DNA from: an uncultured Thermoplasmatales archaeon
GTDB taxonomy: Archaea; Thermoplasmatota; E2; DHVEG-1
Direction: 5' to 3'
DNA length: 38,181 bases
NCBI GenBank assembly: GCA_964517155.1
Contig: CAZFAZ010000032.1
Coordinates: 1-38,181, forward strand
Position 1 is the first letter of the stretch, and the number at the start of each line of letters is the position of its first letter. Below are positions 1 to 12,727 of the stretch, in pieces. The notes under the pieces are model-generated. The model was not told where the DNA came from and ran no database searches. It saw only the letters and a list, made by a program, of their open reading frames with translations. The position numbers and the translations under genes are program-made.

Positions 1-21
1 GTTCAAATCCCTTCCCCTGCA
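1..21 (+). tRNA. 3' end of a tRNA (probably tRNA-Leu), truncated by the window start
   Basis: GTTCAAATCCCTTCCCCTGCA is a T-loop (GTTCAAATC), T-stem and acceptor strand with discriminator A, followed by a T-tract. The CCCCTGCA end is typical of archaeal tRNA-Leu; the anticodon is outside the window. Confidence 0.75.
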
Positions 22-136
22 CTAATTTTTTGATTAAAAATAAGTCTGGATAATGATTAATTTATCTTGCAATCCGTAGTTGCATATGCATCAGTATAAT
101 ATACCTAAATAAAGGGGTATTTAAATTCGGGGTTAG

Positions 137-463
137 GTGGGAAGGATGCAAAGAAAAAAATTACAAATAACTTCTACAAAAATAGATATAAAAAAACAAT
201 ACGCGCCAATTCAAGCATACATAATGACAAACATGTATCCAGGAACGTATAACAAAGCACTTGAAGAAATTAAAAAAATTACTCATGTAGAAAAAATTTC
301 TATTGTAACAGGCAGCTATGATCTTGTTGTAAAAGTAAATGTCAAAAATCTAGGGCAACTTCACAAACTAACAAGTCAACTACACAAAGTCAACGGTGTA
401 GAAAAAACAAATACTCAAGTTATAGAAAAAGAATGCAGATCATTCCAACTTCAATATTCTTAA
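137..463 (+). CDS. Lrp/AsnC ligand-binding (RAM) domain protein without HTH
   Basis: AYIMTNMYPG...VTGSYDLVVKV...LHKVNGVEKTNT matches the AsnC C-terminal RAM pattern. Start is uncertain (GTG 137 or ATG 146). Confidence 0.75.
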   Translation: MGRMQRKKLQITSTKIDIKKQYAPIQAYIMTNMYPGTYNKALEEIKKITHVEKISIVTGSYDLVVKVNVKNLGQLHKLTSQLHKVNGVEKTNTQVIEKECRSFQLQYS

Positions 464-486
464 ATTCAAAACAACCTTTGAGCAAT

Positions 487-1104
487 CTATGATATTTCAT
501 CATTTCCATGAATTAAAACGTAAATTACATGATTTTTTTCAACAAGCTCAAAATCAAGAGTAATATATCCACTGCTGGTAATTATATAACCCTGATGAGG
601 TATATTTAAAATCCATTTATCCTTTTCAATTTTACCTTCACGCAATCTAAAATTTTTATTAAACCAGACTACTTTTTTACTGCCACCTTCTACTTTATAA
701 AAAATCACGCAGCCATCAGAAGTAAGACCAGATTTAAAAACACCTGTAGCATCTTTACCAGGATCAACACCAAAAGAAAGATAAACAACATTATCAGGTA
801 AATCAAAGCTATGAACTCTTTTAGTCCCTTCTCCTGCGCCAGTTTCATCTACATCACGGGAAACACCATTTTGAATCATAGAATAAAGCTTTGATTCAAT
901 GTTGCGACACTCATTTTCAATCTGATTTTCAGAAAGAACAATTCGTAAATTTATCAAACCAAAAAAAACAATAAAAGAAATTGCTGCAATGATGGCTACA
1001 CTGATAATAAGTCGGATAGGAATCATATCTGCAGCAAAATCATCAAATTTTTTCAGATATATAACTTTTCTTTTAGTCGGTTGCAAGTGATTCTGCACCT
1101 CCAT
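487..1104 (-). CDS. Pilin-like membrane-anchored protein (class III signal peptide-like N-terminus)
   Basis: Charged leader KKFDDFA, then hydrophobic ADMIPIRLIISVAIIAAISFIVFFGL, then a beta-rich domain; it lies in a secretion ATPase/TadC locus. The true start is probably downstream of 1104 (about 1056 or ATG 1026). Confidence 0.6.
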   Translation of the reverse strand: MEVQNHLQPTKRKVIYLKKFDDFAADMIPIRLIISVAIIAAISFIVFFGLINLRIVLSENQIENECRNIESKLYSMIQNGVSRDVDETGAGEGTKRVHSFDLPDNVVYLSFGVDPGKDATGVFKSGLTSDGCVIFYKVEGGSKKVVWFNKNFRLREGKIEKDKWILNIPHQGYIITSSGYITLDFELVEKNHVIYVLIHGNDEIS

Positions 1105-2344
1105 GCCAGCTAAGGCGCGGGCGAATTTTAATTATATGAGATGATTCAGATGTATCATCAACAATTAATGCGACACCTCGCTCGTCACCCACTTTTTTTA
1201 TGCTTTCACGTATGTCTCCAACCATAAAAGTTGGTTTAATCCTGCTTAATGCATCAATGTCTTCCTGTGCTGTTAAGCGGTGACATATTATGATATCAGA
1301 ATGAGAGAGAACCTCAGAATCAAGTGCACTAGGCCTCTGTGTCGCCATAACAAGTGAAAGACCAGGTTGTCTTCCTTGACGCATCCATTCAACGATAAAA
1401 ACCTCTTTGCTTAAAGTATGTTTATCAGATGGTAAAAAAAGTTGTGCTTCATCGATAAACATCCATACCATAGGAATCCCTTTCTCACCAGTATTAATTC
1501 CCATTTTTCTTTGTTCTACTGCCTTTCTTTCTTTTATGCGCTCTTCAAATATTTTTTCGCCGATTATTGATGCAATAATGTCTTTTAATATAGGATTAGG
1601 TAAATGACTGATATCAAGAACTGATGCAACACCTCTTTGTACAAAATCAAAGATACTTACACCTTTCTTATCAAAAATACCCCACGATTCTGCGGCATAC
1701 AAAAAATTCTCAGCAGCACTTTTAACGTAATTATCACATCTAGCATCATTTTTAATGACATTAAGTAAATCTGAGATTGAATAACAAAGGGTTTTTTCTT
1801 GTATTTTTAATACTGTACGTGTTAAAACAATGCCCAAGGGATCAGTTGGTTTAACATTGAAAAGTTGACACCAGTGAAAGCCTGATAACTCTGATACCCT
1901 AATTGAAAAACTATTTGCTTCAATTTTATTTTCTCGGTATTTATCTACAAATTTTTTTGGTGTAAAAAGATTTATTTTAAAACCAGTTGGAATTTTATTG
2001 TATTTCAATATTTTATCTGATTCAACTTTATTTGCAAAACTTGTGGTCCAGTATATTCCAAGCGTATCAAATACAACTATTCCCAGGTTTTCTTTAATAT
2101 TTTCTTTTAGATTTGCAATCTCTTCTATAAAAACGCCGATTGTATATGATTTACCATATCCTCTTTTACCACATATTAAAATAACATGCGGGTGTAAAAC
2201 ATCTATTTTTACATCTGCTCCTAGTGAAGAATCAAGTGCATAGTATCTACCGATGTTTAAGCATCCTTGATTAGTTTTTTCTTGTCTTCCAAGTATATAT
2301 TCTTTTTTTGTTGCTCCTCCTTTTTCTAAAAAGTTTTCTGTCAT
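1073..2344 (-). CDS. HerA/FtsK-superfamily (DUF87) ATPase
   Basis: Walker A GKRGYGKS, Walker B MFIDEAQ, and HerA-type RQGRQPGLSLVMATQRPS motif. Confidence 0.85.
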   Translation of the reverse strand: MTENFLEKGGATKKEYILGRQEKTNQGCLNIGRYYALDSSLGADVKIDVLHPHVILICGKRGYGKSYTIGVFIEEIANLKENIKENLGIVVFDTLGIYWTTSFANKVESDKILKYNKIPTGFKINLFTPKKFVDKYRENKIEANSFSIRVSELSGFHWCQLFNVKPTDPLGIVLTRTVLKIQEKTLCYSISDLLNVIKNDARCDNYVKSAAENFLYAAESWGIFDKKGVSIFDFVQRGVASVLDISHLPNPILKDIIASIIGEKIFEERIKERKAVEQRKMGINTGEKGIPMVWMFIDEAQLFLPSDKHTLSKEVFIVEWMRQGRQPGLSLVMATQRPSALDSEVLSHSDIIICHRLTAQEDIDALSRIKPTFMVGDIRESIKKVGDERGVALIVDDTSESSHIIKIRPRLSWHGGAESLATD

Positions 2345-2406
2345 ATGAATACAACTAAATATTTTTTTATTTTAATAAAATTAGATGGAACTGCATTAAA
2401 ACCTTG

Positions 2407-2422
2407 TGTTATGAGCATAACA
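2407..2422. promoter_or_regulatory. Inverted repeat TGTTATG-AG-CATAACA in the divergent promoter region
   Basis: Perfect 7-bp arms with a 2-bp spacer between the divergent HerA and secretion ATPase genes. Confidence 0.4.
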
Positions 2423-2528
2423 TTTTTTTATTTTTTTGTATCAATTTATTGCATAAGGATTATAACAAAATCAAATTAATATATAATATCATATAAAATT
2501 ATTTGTTATTTAAAAGGCAGGGAATCCC

Positions 2529-4748
2529 TTGAGCGATAAGCTATGTACATATATATCAACTAGAAAATCAAATAACAAAACAATAACAATAAACTGCAGA
2601 AATTGTAATCAGGGCAACTCCACAATTTTTGATGAAAGATGCCGCTCTAATATATTTAAAATAATACAAACTGAAAATACAATTAAAAGAATAATATTAA
2701 ATCATGTATTTGTAAAAGTCTTTAAAGATGAGCAACTTCAAATTTTAACAGATCTTACAAATTTTATAGAGACACTAAATACATACAGCAACATAAAAAT
2801 ACCAAACCCTGAAAAAGAAGTATGCAAAAAATGCAGTCAACAAAGACAACTAGAATTAAAAACAATAATAAACCTTTCACAAACAGATCCACTACTTGCA
2901 TATACAAACCTTAAAAAAACACTAAAAAACATAAAAAATACAACTACAGATTGTGAAAGATGCAACCAAATTTACAAAAACCTATTATCAGAAATATTAT
3001 CAAAAGCAGATTTTGCAAAATATCTTTCAAATAAAGAAATTACATCAGATTTATTTTATCAAAATTATATACGACCATATGTAAGACCAGGTTTTATCGA
3101 CTCATATATTCAACTAGAACCACCACCAGATGCAATATTCTTAGAATCATATGAAGTAACACGAAAAGGTAGAAGACCGATGAATGTATCAATTTACAAT
3201 TTAAAAACAAGACCCGAAAAACTATATTTTGTAATACCTCCTGAATATGATTTACCTCGTGAAGAACTATATATTTTAGAAAAAGTTAGAACACAACTCT
3301 CAAAACACAGGCCAAAAGATGCAACATTTATGGATCCAGAAACAGCAAGAGAATATTTTCAAAAACTAGGCAAAAAAATAATCTCAGATATTGCAAGAGA
3401 AATAGAATACGAAATCACAGCACCAAGAATTGAATATTTATCAGATATATTCTCACGATACACTGCAGGTTTTGGAATACTTGAAGATTTACTACTTGAC
3501 CAAAGAATACAAGATATCTATGTTAACGCACCTGTAATGAACAACCCTCTCCACATAGTTTTTGATGGCGAAGAATACACATCAAATATCTATTTATCAG
3601 ATGGAGATATAGATGCACTAGCTTCAAGGTTTAGAACACTTAGTGGCCGTGCTTTTTCAGAAGCAACACCTGTTCTTGATATGGATCTTGAAAGCTATCA
3701 TACAAGAATTGCTGCAATTTCTAATCCTTTAACACCAAAAGGAATTGCTTTCGCACTCAGACGTCATCGTCAGAAACCATGGACACTATCACATTTTGTT
3801 GCAAATAAAATGATTTCTGCAGAGGCTGCAGGTTTTTTAAGTTTTTTAATCGACGGTCAAGCATCTCTTCTGATAGCAGGCAGTCGCGGTGCAGGAAAAA
3901 CATCACTTTTATCTGCACTTATACTTGAAATACCACAGCGTTTCAGAATATTAACAATAGAAGATACACCTGAAGTACCAGTTGAAAACCTGCAAAGTTA
4001 CGGATACAAAATACAGTCATTAATTACTAGGTCAATATCGTCAGGAGGTGCTGCTGAAGTAAGCCCAACAGATGCACTTAGAACTGCACTACGCCTGGGT
4101 GAATCAGTTTTGATACTTGGTGAAGTAAGAGGTATCGAAGCAAAAGTTTTATTTGAAGCAATGCGAGTCGGTGCTGCAGGAAACCTGATAATGGGCACAA
4201 TCCATGGTTCAACTACAAGAGATGTCTATGAACGAGTGGTATTTGATATTGGTGTGCCTTCAACTAGTTTTAAAGCAGTAGATGCAGTAGTTATCGCAGC
4301 ACCTATCAGAAAAGAAGGTGGAATAGAACGAAAAAGAAGAGTTATACAGATATCTGAAATAACAAAAACAGGATGGATAAGCAATCCTGATCCAGATAGA
4401 GTATTCAATGATATAATGCGTTATAATGCATCTTCGGATGTTCTTGTCACAACTGATCTTTTAGATATGGGACAATCCCAAATTATCGGAAACATTGCAA
4501 AAAAATGGGGAATTAGCGTTGAAAAAGCATTACAGAACATAAAACTACGCAGTCTTATTAAAGAAACAATAGTAAAACATGCAGAAAAAAATCCTGAGCT
4601 TTTAGAAGCAACTGCTAATCGTGATGCAAACAATGCATTTTGGATGCTTATCGAAGAATGTAAACAACAAGGTGATTTTGTAGACTATAATAAAGTTTCT
4701 GATAAATGGATGAAATGGTTTGAAAAATATACTGGTAAATTTACATGA
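2529..4748 (+). CDS. Type II/IV secretion (VirB11/TadA/ArlI-like) ATPase with Cys-rich N-terminal extension
   Basis: Walker A GSRGAGKT, Asp box IEDTPE, Walker B LILGEVR, His box GTIHG; N-terminal CRNC, CKKC and CERC. Confidence 0.9.
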   Translation: MSDKLCTYISTRKSNNKTITINCRNCNQGNSTIFDERCRSNIFKIIQTENTIKRIILNHVFVKVFKDEQLQILTDLTNFIETLNTYSNIKIPNPEKEVCKKCSQQRQLELKTIINLSQTDPLLAYTNLKKTLKNIKNTTTDCERCNQIYKNLLSEILSKADFAKYLSNKEITSDLFYQNYIRPYVRPGFIDSYIQLEPPPDAIFLESYEVTRKGRRPMNVSIYNLKTRPEKLYFVIPPEYDLPREELYILEKVRTQLSKHRPKDATFMDPETAREYFQKLGKKIISDIAREIEYEITAPRIEYLSDIFSRYTAGFGILEDLLLDQRIQDIYVNAPVMNNPLHIVFDGEEYTSNIYLSDGDIDALASRFRTLSGRAFSEATPVLDMDLESYHTRIAAISNPLTPKGIAFALRRHRQKPWTLSHFVANKMISAEAAGFLSFLIDGQASLLIAGSRGAGKTSLLSALILEIPQRFRILTIEDTPEVPVENLQSYGYKIQSLITRSISSGGAAEVSPTDALRTALRLGESVLILGEVRGIEAKVLFEAMRVGAAGNLIMGTIHGSTTRDVYERVVFDIGVPSTSFKAVDAVVIAAPIRKEGGIERKRRVIQISEITKTGWISNPDPDRVFNDIMRYNASSDVLVTTDLLDMGQSQIIGNIAKKWGISVEKALQNIKLRSLIKETIVKHAEKNPELLEATANRDANNAFWMLIEECKQQGDFVDYNKVSDKWMKWFEKYTGKFT

Positions 4749-6727
4749 AAAACATTCATTGGTATGAAGAAAAATCTGCTTTTGCAAAAAAATATTTTAA
4801 ATTTTTTGTGCCTAAAAATAATAAAACAGAAGAAAAAATTAAAAAATATTTTAAAGAAGATTACATTGAAAAACTTAACTTCACAGGTTTAAACGTTGAA
4901 CCATATGATATCTTGGTTTTTTCTTATGCATCTGCTTTTTTATCAATGATTTGTTTTTTGATACTTGATTTTATCATTCTTTTATGTTATGGTTTTAATC
5001 TTCAAAATATAGATTTAATTACAGTTGTTTTAATGCTTGCTATAACCATTTTTTTACCTTTAATTATTATGAATTTAGTTGTCTCTTACCCTAAGACTTA
5101 TGCCAGATATATGAAGATTCATTCACTTGGGGATATCCCTGAGATTTTAAGTTATTTAGTCATGTATCTAAAGCTTGTCCCTAATCTTGAAAACAGCGTA
5201 AAATTTGCAGCAACTGAATCAAACACTTCACTTGCTATGGATTTACGAAAAATGCTTTGGGATATGGAAATAAGAGTGTATCATGGCATTGATGATGCTC
5301 TTACCAGTTTTGCAACTCAGTGGGGACGTTGGAGTGAATATTTCAAACGATCCCTTCATCTTATAAGAAGTTCAATACAAGAGCATGATGAGGCATCTAG
5401 AACAGTTACTCTTAATCGTGCACTTGACGTAGCACTAGAAGGTACAAAAGATTTAATGAACAAGTTTGCAAACAGGCTTCATCAGCCTGCAATGGTCATA
5501 TACTCTATTGGAATAATGATTCCACTAGCAATCGTTGCAATGCTTCCCGCGGCAGGACTTGTAGGATTAAAAATTACTATTTTTCAAGTTTTCCTGCTTT
5601 ATGATGTTGTTCTTCCGACTTTTATTTTTTTGTATACTCGCAAGATTCTTCTTTCAAGACCTGCAACATTTAACCCTGCAAATATACCTGATGATCATCC
5701 AAATGTTATCAAAATAAATAAAAAAAGACGTTTGATAATTTCGGTTATAAGCGGTAGTTTAGTTGCCCTACCAGGGTTTATTTTTTTGTTACTACCTTTT
5801 ATTTTAACAGATGATTCTTCAAACTTGATTTTATCATTTATAATAAATCCTAACGGTCTTAACTCATATCTTCCAATTACCTTGTTTATAATCTGGGGTG
5901 TTGTTGTAGCAGTTTCAGCTTACACTCTAAGTGTTTATAGACCATATAAATTAATACGTAATGAAATAAAACAGATGGAATCAGAATTCAGTGATGCACT
6001 TTACATTCTTGGTAAAAGAATAGCTGAAGAAAAATCACCTGAAGAAAGTTTTATGTATACTGCAAAAACAATGGAAGGATCTGAAATTGCAACTATATTT
6101 AGTAAAACAGGTTATAATCTAACTGCACTGCATTCTAATCTTAAAGATTCTATGTTTAATTCTGATTATGGCTCCTTAAACAATGTTCATTCCGATAGAA
6201 TTAAAGCAATTATGCTTTTGTTTGTAGAAGGAATAAAAAAAAGTCAGAAAGCAGTAAGCATTTCAATTATTCGCATAGCTGATCATCTGAAAGAACTTCA
6301 AGAAGTTGAAAAAAAGATAAATGATACACTTTTTGAACTGACATCAACCCTGCGTTCAACTGTTGCTATTTTTGCGCCACTTATTGGAGGTATTACCCTT
6401 TCTATTACAAAACTGATATCAAATATTTTAAATGATTTATCAGGAAAAATTAGTACTTTTTCAGATTTTTCAACATCGTCTACTTCTATATCTAATATAA
6501 CTAATACATTTTCTATTGACAACATAAAAACAGAATATTTTGTTTTGGTAATTGGAATTTATATAATTGAGCTGGTCTTTCTTTTAACACGGTTTACAAA
6601 TGGTATAGATGAAGGTGATGACAAAGCATCATATATGTATAGTCTTGGTAAAGTTTTACCTGTTTCAATTGCAGTTTTTTCTTTAACTGTTATATTAGGT
6701 CAGATGCTTTTTGCAAGTTTTATTTAA
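4745..6727 (+). CDS. TadB/TadC (GspF/ArlJ-like) multi-pass membrane platform protein
   Basis: Many hydrophobic segments and two T2SSF-like cytoplasmic domains (IPEILSYL...; ESEFSDALY...); overlaps the ATPase stop (ATGA), suggesting coupling. Confidence 0.8.
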   Translation: MKNIHWYEEKSAFAKKYFKFFVPKNNKTEEKIKKYFKEDYIEKLNFTGLNVEPYDILVFSYASAFLSMICFLILDFIILLCYGFNLQNIDLITVVLMLAITIFLPLIIMNLVVSYPKTYARYMKIHSLGDIPEILSYLVMYLKLVPNLENSVKFAATESNTSLAMDLRKMLWDMEIRVYHGIDDALTSFATQWGRWSEYFKRSLHLIRSSIQEHDEASRTVTLNRALDVALEGTKDLMNKFANRLHQPAMVIYSIGIMIPLAIVAMLPAAGLVGLKITIFQVFLLYDVVLPTFIFLYTRKILLSRPATFNPANIPDDHPNVIKINKKRRLIISVISGSLVALPGFIFLLLPFILTDDSSNLILSFIINPNGLNSYLPITLFIIWGVVVAVSAYTLSVYRPYKLIRNEIKQMESEFSDALYILGKRIAEEKSPEESFMYTAKTMEGSEIATIFSKTGYNLTALHSNLKDSMFNSDYGSLNNVHSDRIKAIMLLFVEGIKKSQKAVSISIIRIADHLKELQEVEKKINDTLFELTSTLRSTVAIFAPLIGGITLSITKLISNILNDLSGKISTFSDFSTSSTSISNITNTFSIDNIKTEYFVLVIGIYIIELVFLLTRFTNGIDEGDDKASYMYSLGKVLPVSIAVFSLTVILGQMLFASFI

Positions 6728-6728
6728 A

Positions 6729-6926
6729 TTATCTTTTTTGATAAATTTCTATAAAATAATCTATGCTTCTATTATATGTTCTTTCAGCATCATCTGGAAA
6801 ATAACAAGCAGGTAACTCTCCTCGTTTTCTATGATAATGCACACATTCACAGCATATTCCTTTTTTTGAACATGAATAAGTACAGTTGCACATTGTTTTA
6901 TTTTCTTTTTTTTTGCATTCAACCAT
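6729..6926 (-). CDS. Small Cys-rich protein (DUF6485-like)
   Basis: [21 protein letters not shown]...LPACYF pattern; GAGGTGA Shine-Dalgarno upstream. Confidence 0.75.
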   Translation of the reverse strand: MVECKKKENKTMCNCTYSCSKKGICCECVHYHRKRGELPACYFPDDAERTYNRSIDYFIEIYQKR

Positions 6927-6942
6927 TTATCTATCACCTCTT

Positions 6943-10654
<3,712 letters not shown>

Positions 10655-10673
10655 AAAAGCATAACACCTTTTT

Positions 10674-11333
10674 TTATTTAAGAAATATCACAATTTCAAC
10701 AGTATCTGCATCTTTCAAACCAAGTTTTTTCCTTAGAAAATCTGGTGATATAAACTCAAGGATATTTGAATAATGGCTTCTAAGTGGCAGAACTATTGCG
10801 CCAGGTACACCATTTATTTCTGCCTTAAAGCATCTAACGCCGCCAAAGCTGCGGTTCTCTGTTTTAAATTCTTGAATTATTATTGCATCATGATTTTTTA
10901 ATAAGCGAAGCTTGTTTTTTTCGATGTATTCTATTTCTACGTTAAGAGTTCCAGGATATGGTATAAACCCTAGTTTTTCTTTGAATTGCTCTACATATCC
11001 ATTTTGTTCTGTATAATATCGCCCTTCTCCAATACCTGATACAACTTTACCTTTGAAAAATATTTTATCTGAAAGTTCAAAGACGCGTTGATAATCTATG
11101 TATTCTTCTTTTAAAAATTCTTCACCACTATGTGTTATCTGTATTATTTGTTTTTTAATTCCAAGCTCTCTTGTTATAAAACCTTTTTTATCAAGTTCTA
11201 ATAGATATCTTGAAGCAGTCTGCTGGCTTATCTGAATTTTTTCTGCAAGTTCTTGAGATGAAACCTCAATTTTATTATTTATCGCTCCAAGTTTTGCAAT
11301 TTCTTTTAATGTTTGTAACAAATAAGGTTTCAT
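10674..11333 (-). CDS. ribK: CTP-dependent riboflavin kinase with N-terminal winged HTH (RbkR-type)
   Basis: wHTH SSQELAEKIQISQQTASRYL; kinase motifs GKVVSGIGEGRYY, LGFIPYPGTLN, LEFISPDFLR. Probable ATG 11333 after GGAGG (track start 11360). Confidence 0.92.
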   Translation of the reverse strand: MKPYLLQTLKEIAKLGAINNKIEVSSQELAEKIQISQQTASRYLLELDKKGFITRELGIKKQIIQITHSGEEFLKEEYIDYQRVFELSDKIFFKGKVVSGIGEGRYYTEQNGYVEQFKEKLGFIPYPGTLNVEIEYIEKNKLRLLKNHDAIIIQEFKTENRSFGGVRCFKAEINGVPGAIVLPLRSHYSNILEFISPDFLRKKLGLKDADTVEIVIFLK

Positions 11334-11367
11334 ATTTTTATATAAGCCTCCAATACTCAAATGTTTT

Positions 11368-11607
11368 CTAGCTTAATATCTCTGCGATTTTTTTACCTTT
11401 ATCAGTTAAAATGTACCTGTTTTGTTTTTTTTCTACTAGTTTTTGTTTTTCAAAATCATCTATTATTTTTTTTGCGATACTTGGAAAAATCCTATGTTTT
11501 TTTGAAATAAATTCGATATTTGTTTGCCCACAGTTTAATGCTTCAAATATCAATTTTCGATATTTATTTGCTAGAATATAACCTTCATCCATGCGTTTTA
11601 CCAACAT
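11368..11607 (-). CDS. Small winged-helix DNA-binding protein
   Basis: GYILANKYRKLIFEAL...DFEKQKLVE....YILTDKGKKI is typical of small archaeal wHTH proteins. Confidence 0.7.
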   Translation of the reverse strand: MLVKRMDEGYILANKYRKLIFEALNCGQTNIEFISKKHRIFPSIAKKIIDDFEKQKLVEKKQNRYILTDKGKKIAEILS

Positions 11608-11758
11608 CCTAATATTTGATATATAAGATAAAGTTTTTCAATTAAAATATTTAAAAATCGATGAGAACTAATCTTAATGCCAATAATATTTCTAAAATCG
11701 CTACTTATTTCTATGAAAACTTTAAAAGCCATATGCTTAATAACCTCCCCTAATCATT

Positions 11759-12715
11759 ATGTATAGAGAAATACCAGAAATACTAGAATCACAAGAGTTA
11801 ATTGATAGAGCATTTAAAAAAACACAAAAAGTAAAAATTGTCGATAGAGATGCTTTCTACAGAAAGAAAAAAACAATAATTGCAAAAACTGATTCATTTT
11901 GCACAACAGTTATTACGATACTAGAAGGTTACGTTAAAAAATTTCCATCAATAAATAACATGCATCCTTTTTTCCAAGAACTACTTGAAATAAAATTTGA
12001 TGTAGACGAACTTAAAAAATCACTTGGTGGTGTTGACTGGGCTAGAAAAACAATAAACATGATTTATACAACACAACTTAAACAACTTAAAAGATCACAG
12101 AACATAGAATTTATAAAACAAAAACAAAAAGAGATACACGGTCGAATTACAAGCATTATAAAACAAATTCAAAAAGAACTTTTGACTCTAAAAAATGCAC
12201 GAGATATCTTTAAATATTTCCCAAATATAGAAGACATTCCAACAGTTGTAATTGCAGGTTTTCCAAATGTTGGTAAATCTTCACTGTTAAGATGCCTCTC
12301 ATCTGCAAAACCTGAGGTTGCTCAATATCCATTTACGACAAAAGAACTAGTAATTGGTCATATGTTTAAACAAGAAAAATACACAAAAACAAAGATTCAA
12401 CTTATAGATACACCGGGATTGCTTGATAGACCTTTATCTGAGAGAAATAAAATCGAGCAGCAGGCAATATCTGCAGTTAAAAACCTTGCAGATATTGTTG
12501 TTTTTTTATTTGATCCTACACAAACTTGTGGTTATTCACTTGATGATCAGAAGCATCTTTTAATCCAAATGAAAAAAATGTTTAAAGATTCAGATTTTAT
12601 AGTTGTAGACAACAAAGCAGATTCTTTAAAAACAAACTCTAAAAACATTAAAATATCCTGTGAAAACAAAGAAGGAATAGATGAACTTATAAAAGAAATA
12701 ATATCAAAAATATAA
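11759..12715 (+). CDS. NOG1-family GTP-binding protein
   Basis: G1 GFPNVGKS, G2 YPFTTK, G3 DTPG (DTPGLLDRP), G4 NKAD; helical NOG1 N-terminal domain. Confidence 0.92.
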   Translation: MYREIPEILESQELIDRAFKKTQKVKIVDRDAFYRKKKTIIAKTDSFCTTVITILEGYVKKFPSINNMHPFFQELLEIKFDVDELKKSLGGVDWARKTINMIYTTQLKQLKRSQNIEFIKQKQKEIHGRITSIIKQIQKELLTLKNARDIFKYFPNIEDIPTVVIAGFPNVGKSSLLRCLSSAKPEVAQYPFTTKELVIGHMFKQEKYTKTKIQLIDTPGLLDRPLSERNKIEQQAISAVKNLADIVVFLFDPTQTCGYSLDDQKHLLIQMKKMFKDSDFIVVDNKADSLKTNSKNIKISCENKEGIDELIKEIISKI

Positions 12716-12727
12716 AGAAAAAATGTT

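Noticed and set aside
81..90. Palindrome TGCATATGCA upstream of the RAM-domain gene
   Set aside because: A 10-bp palindrome is expected many times by chance in 38 kb.
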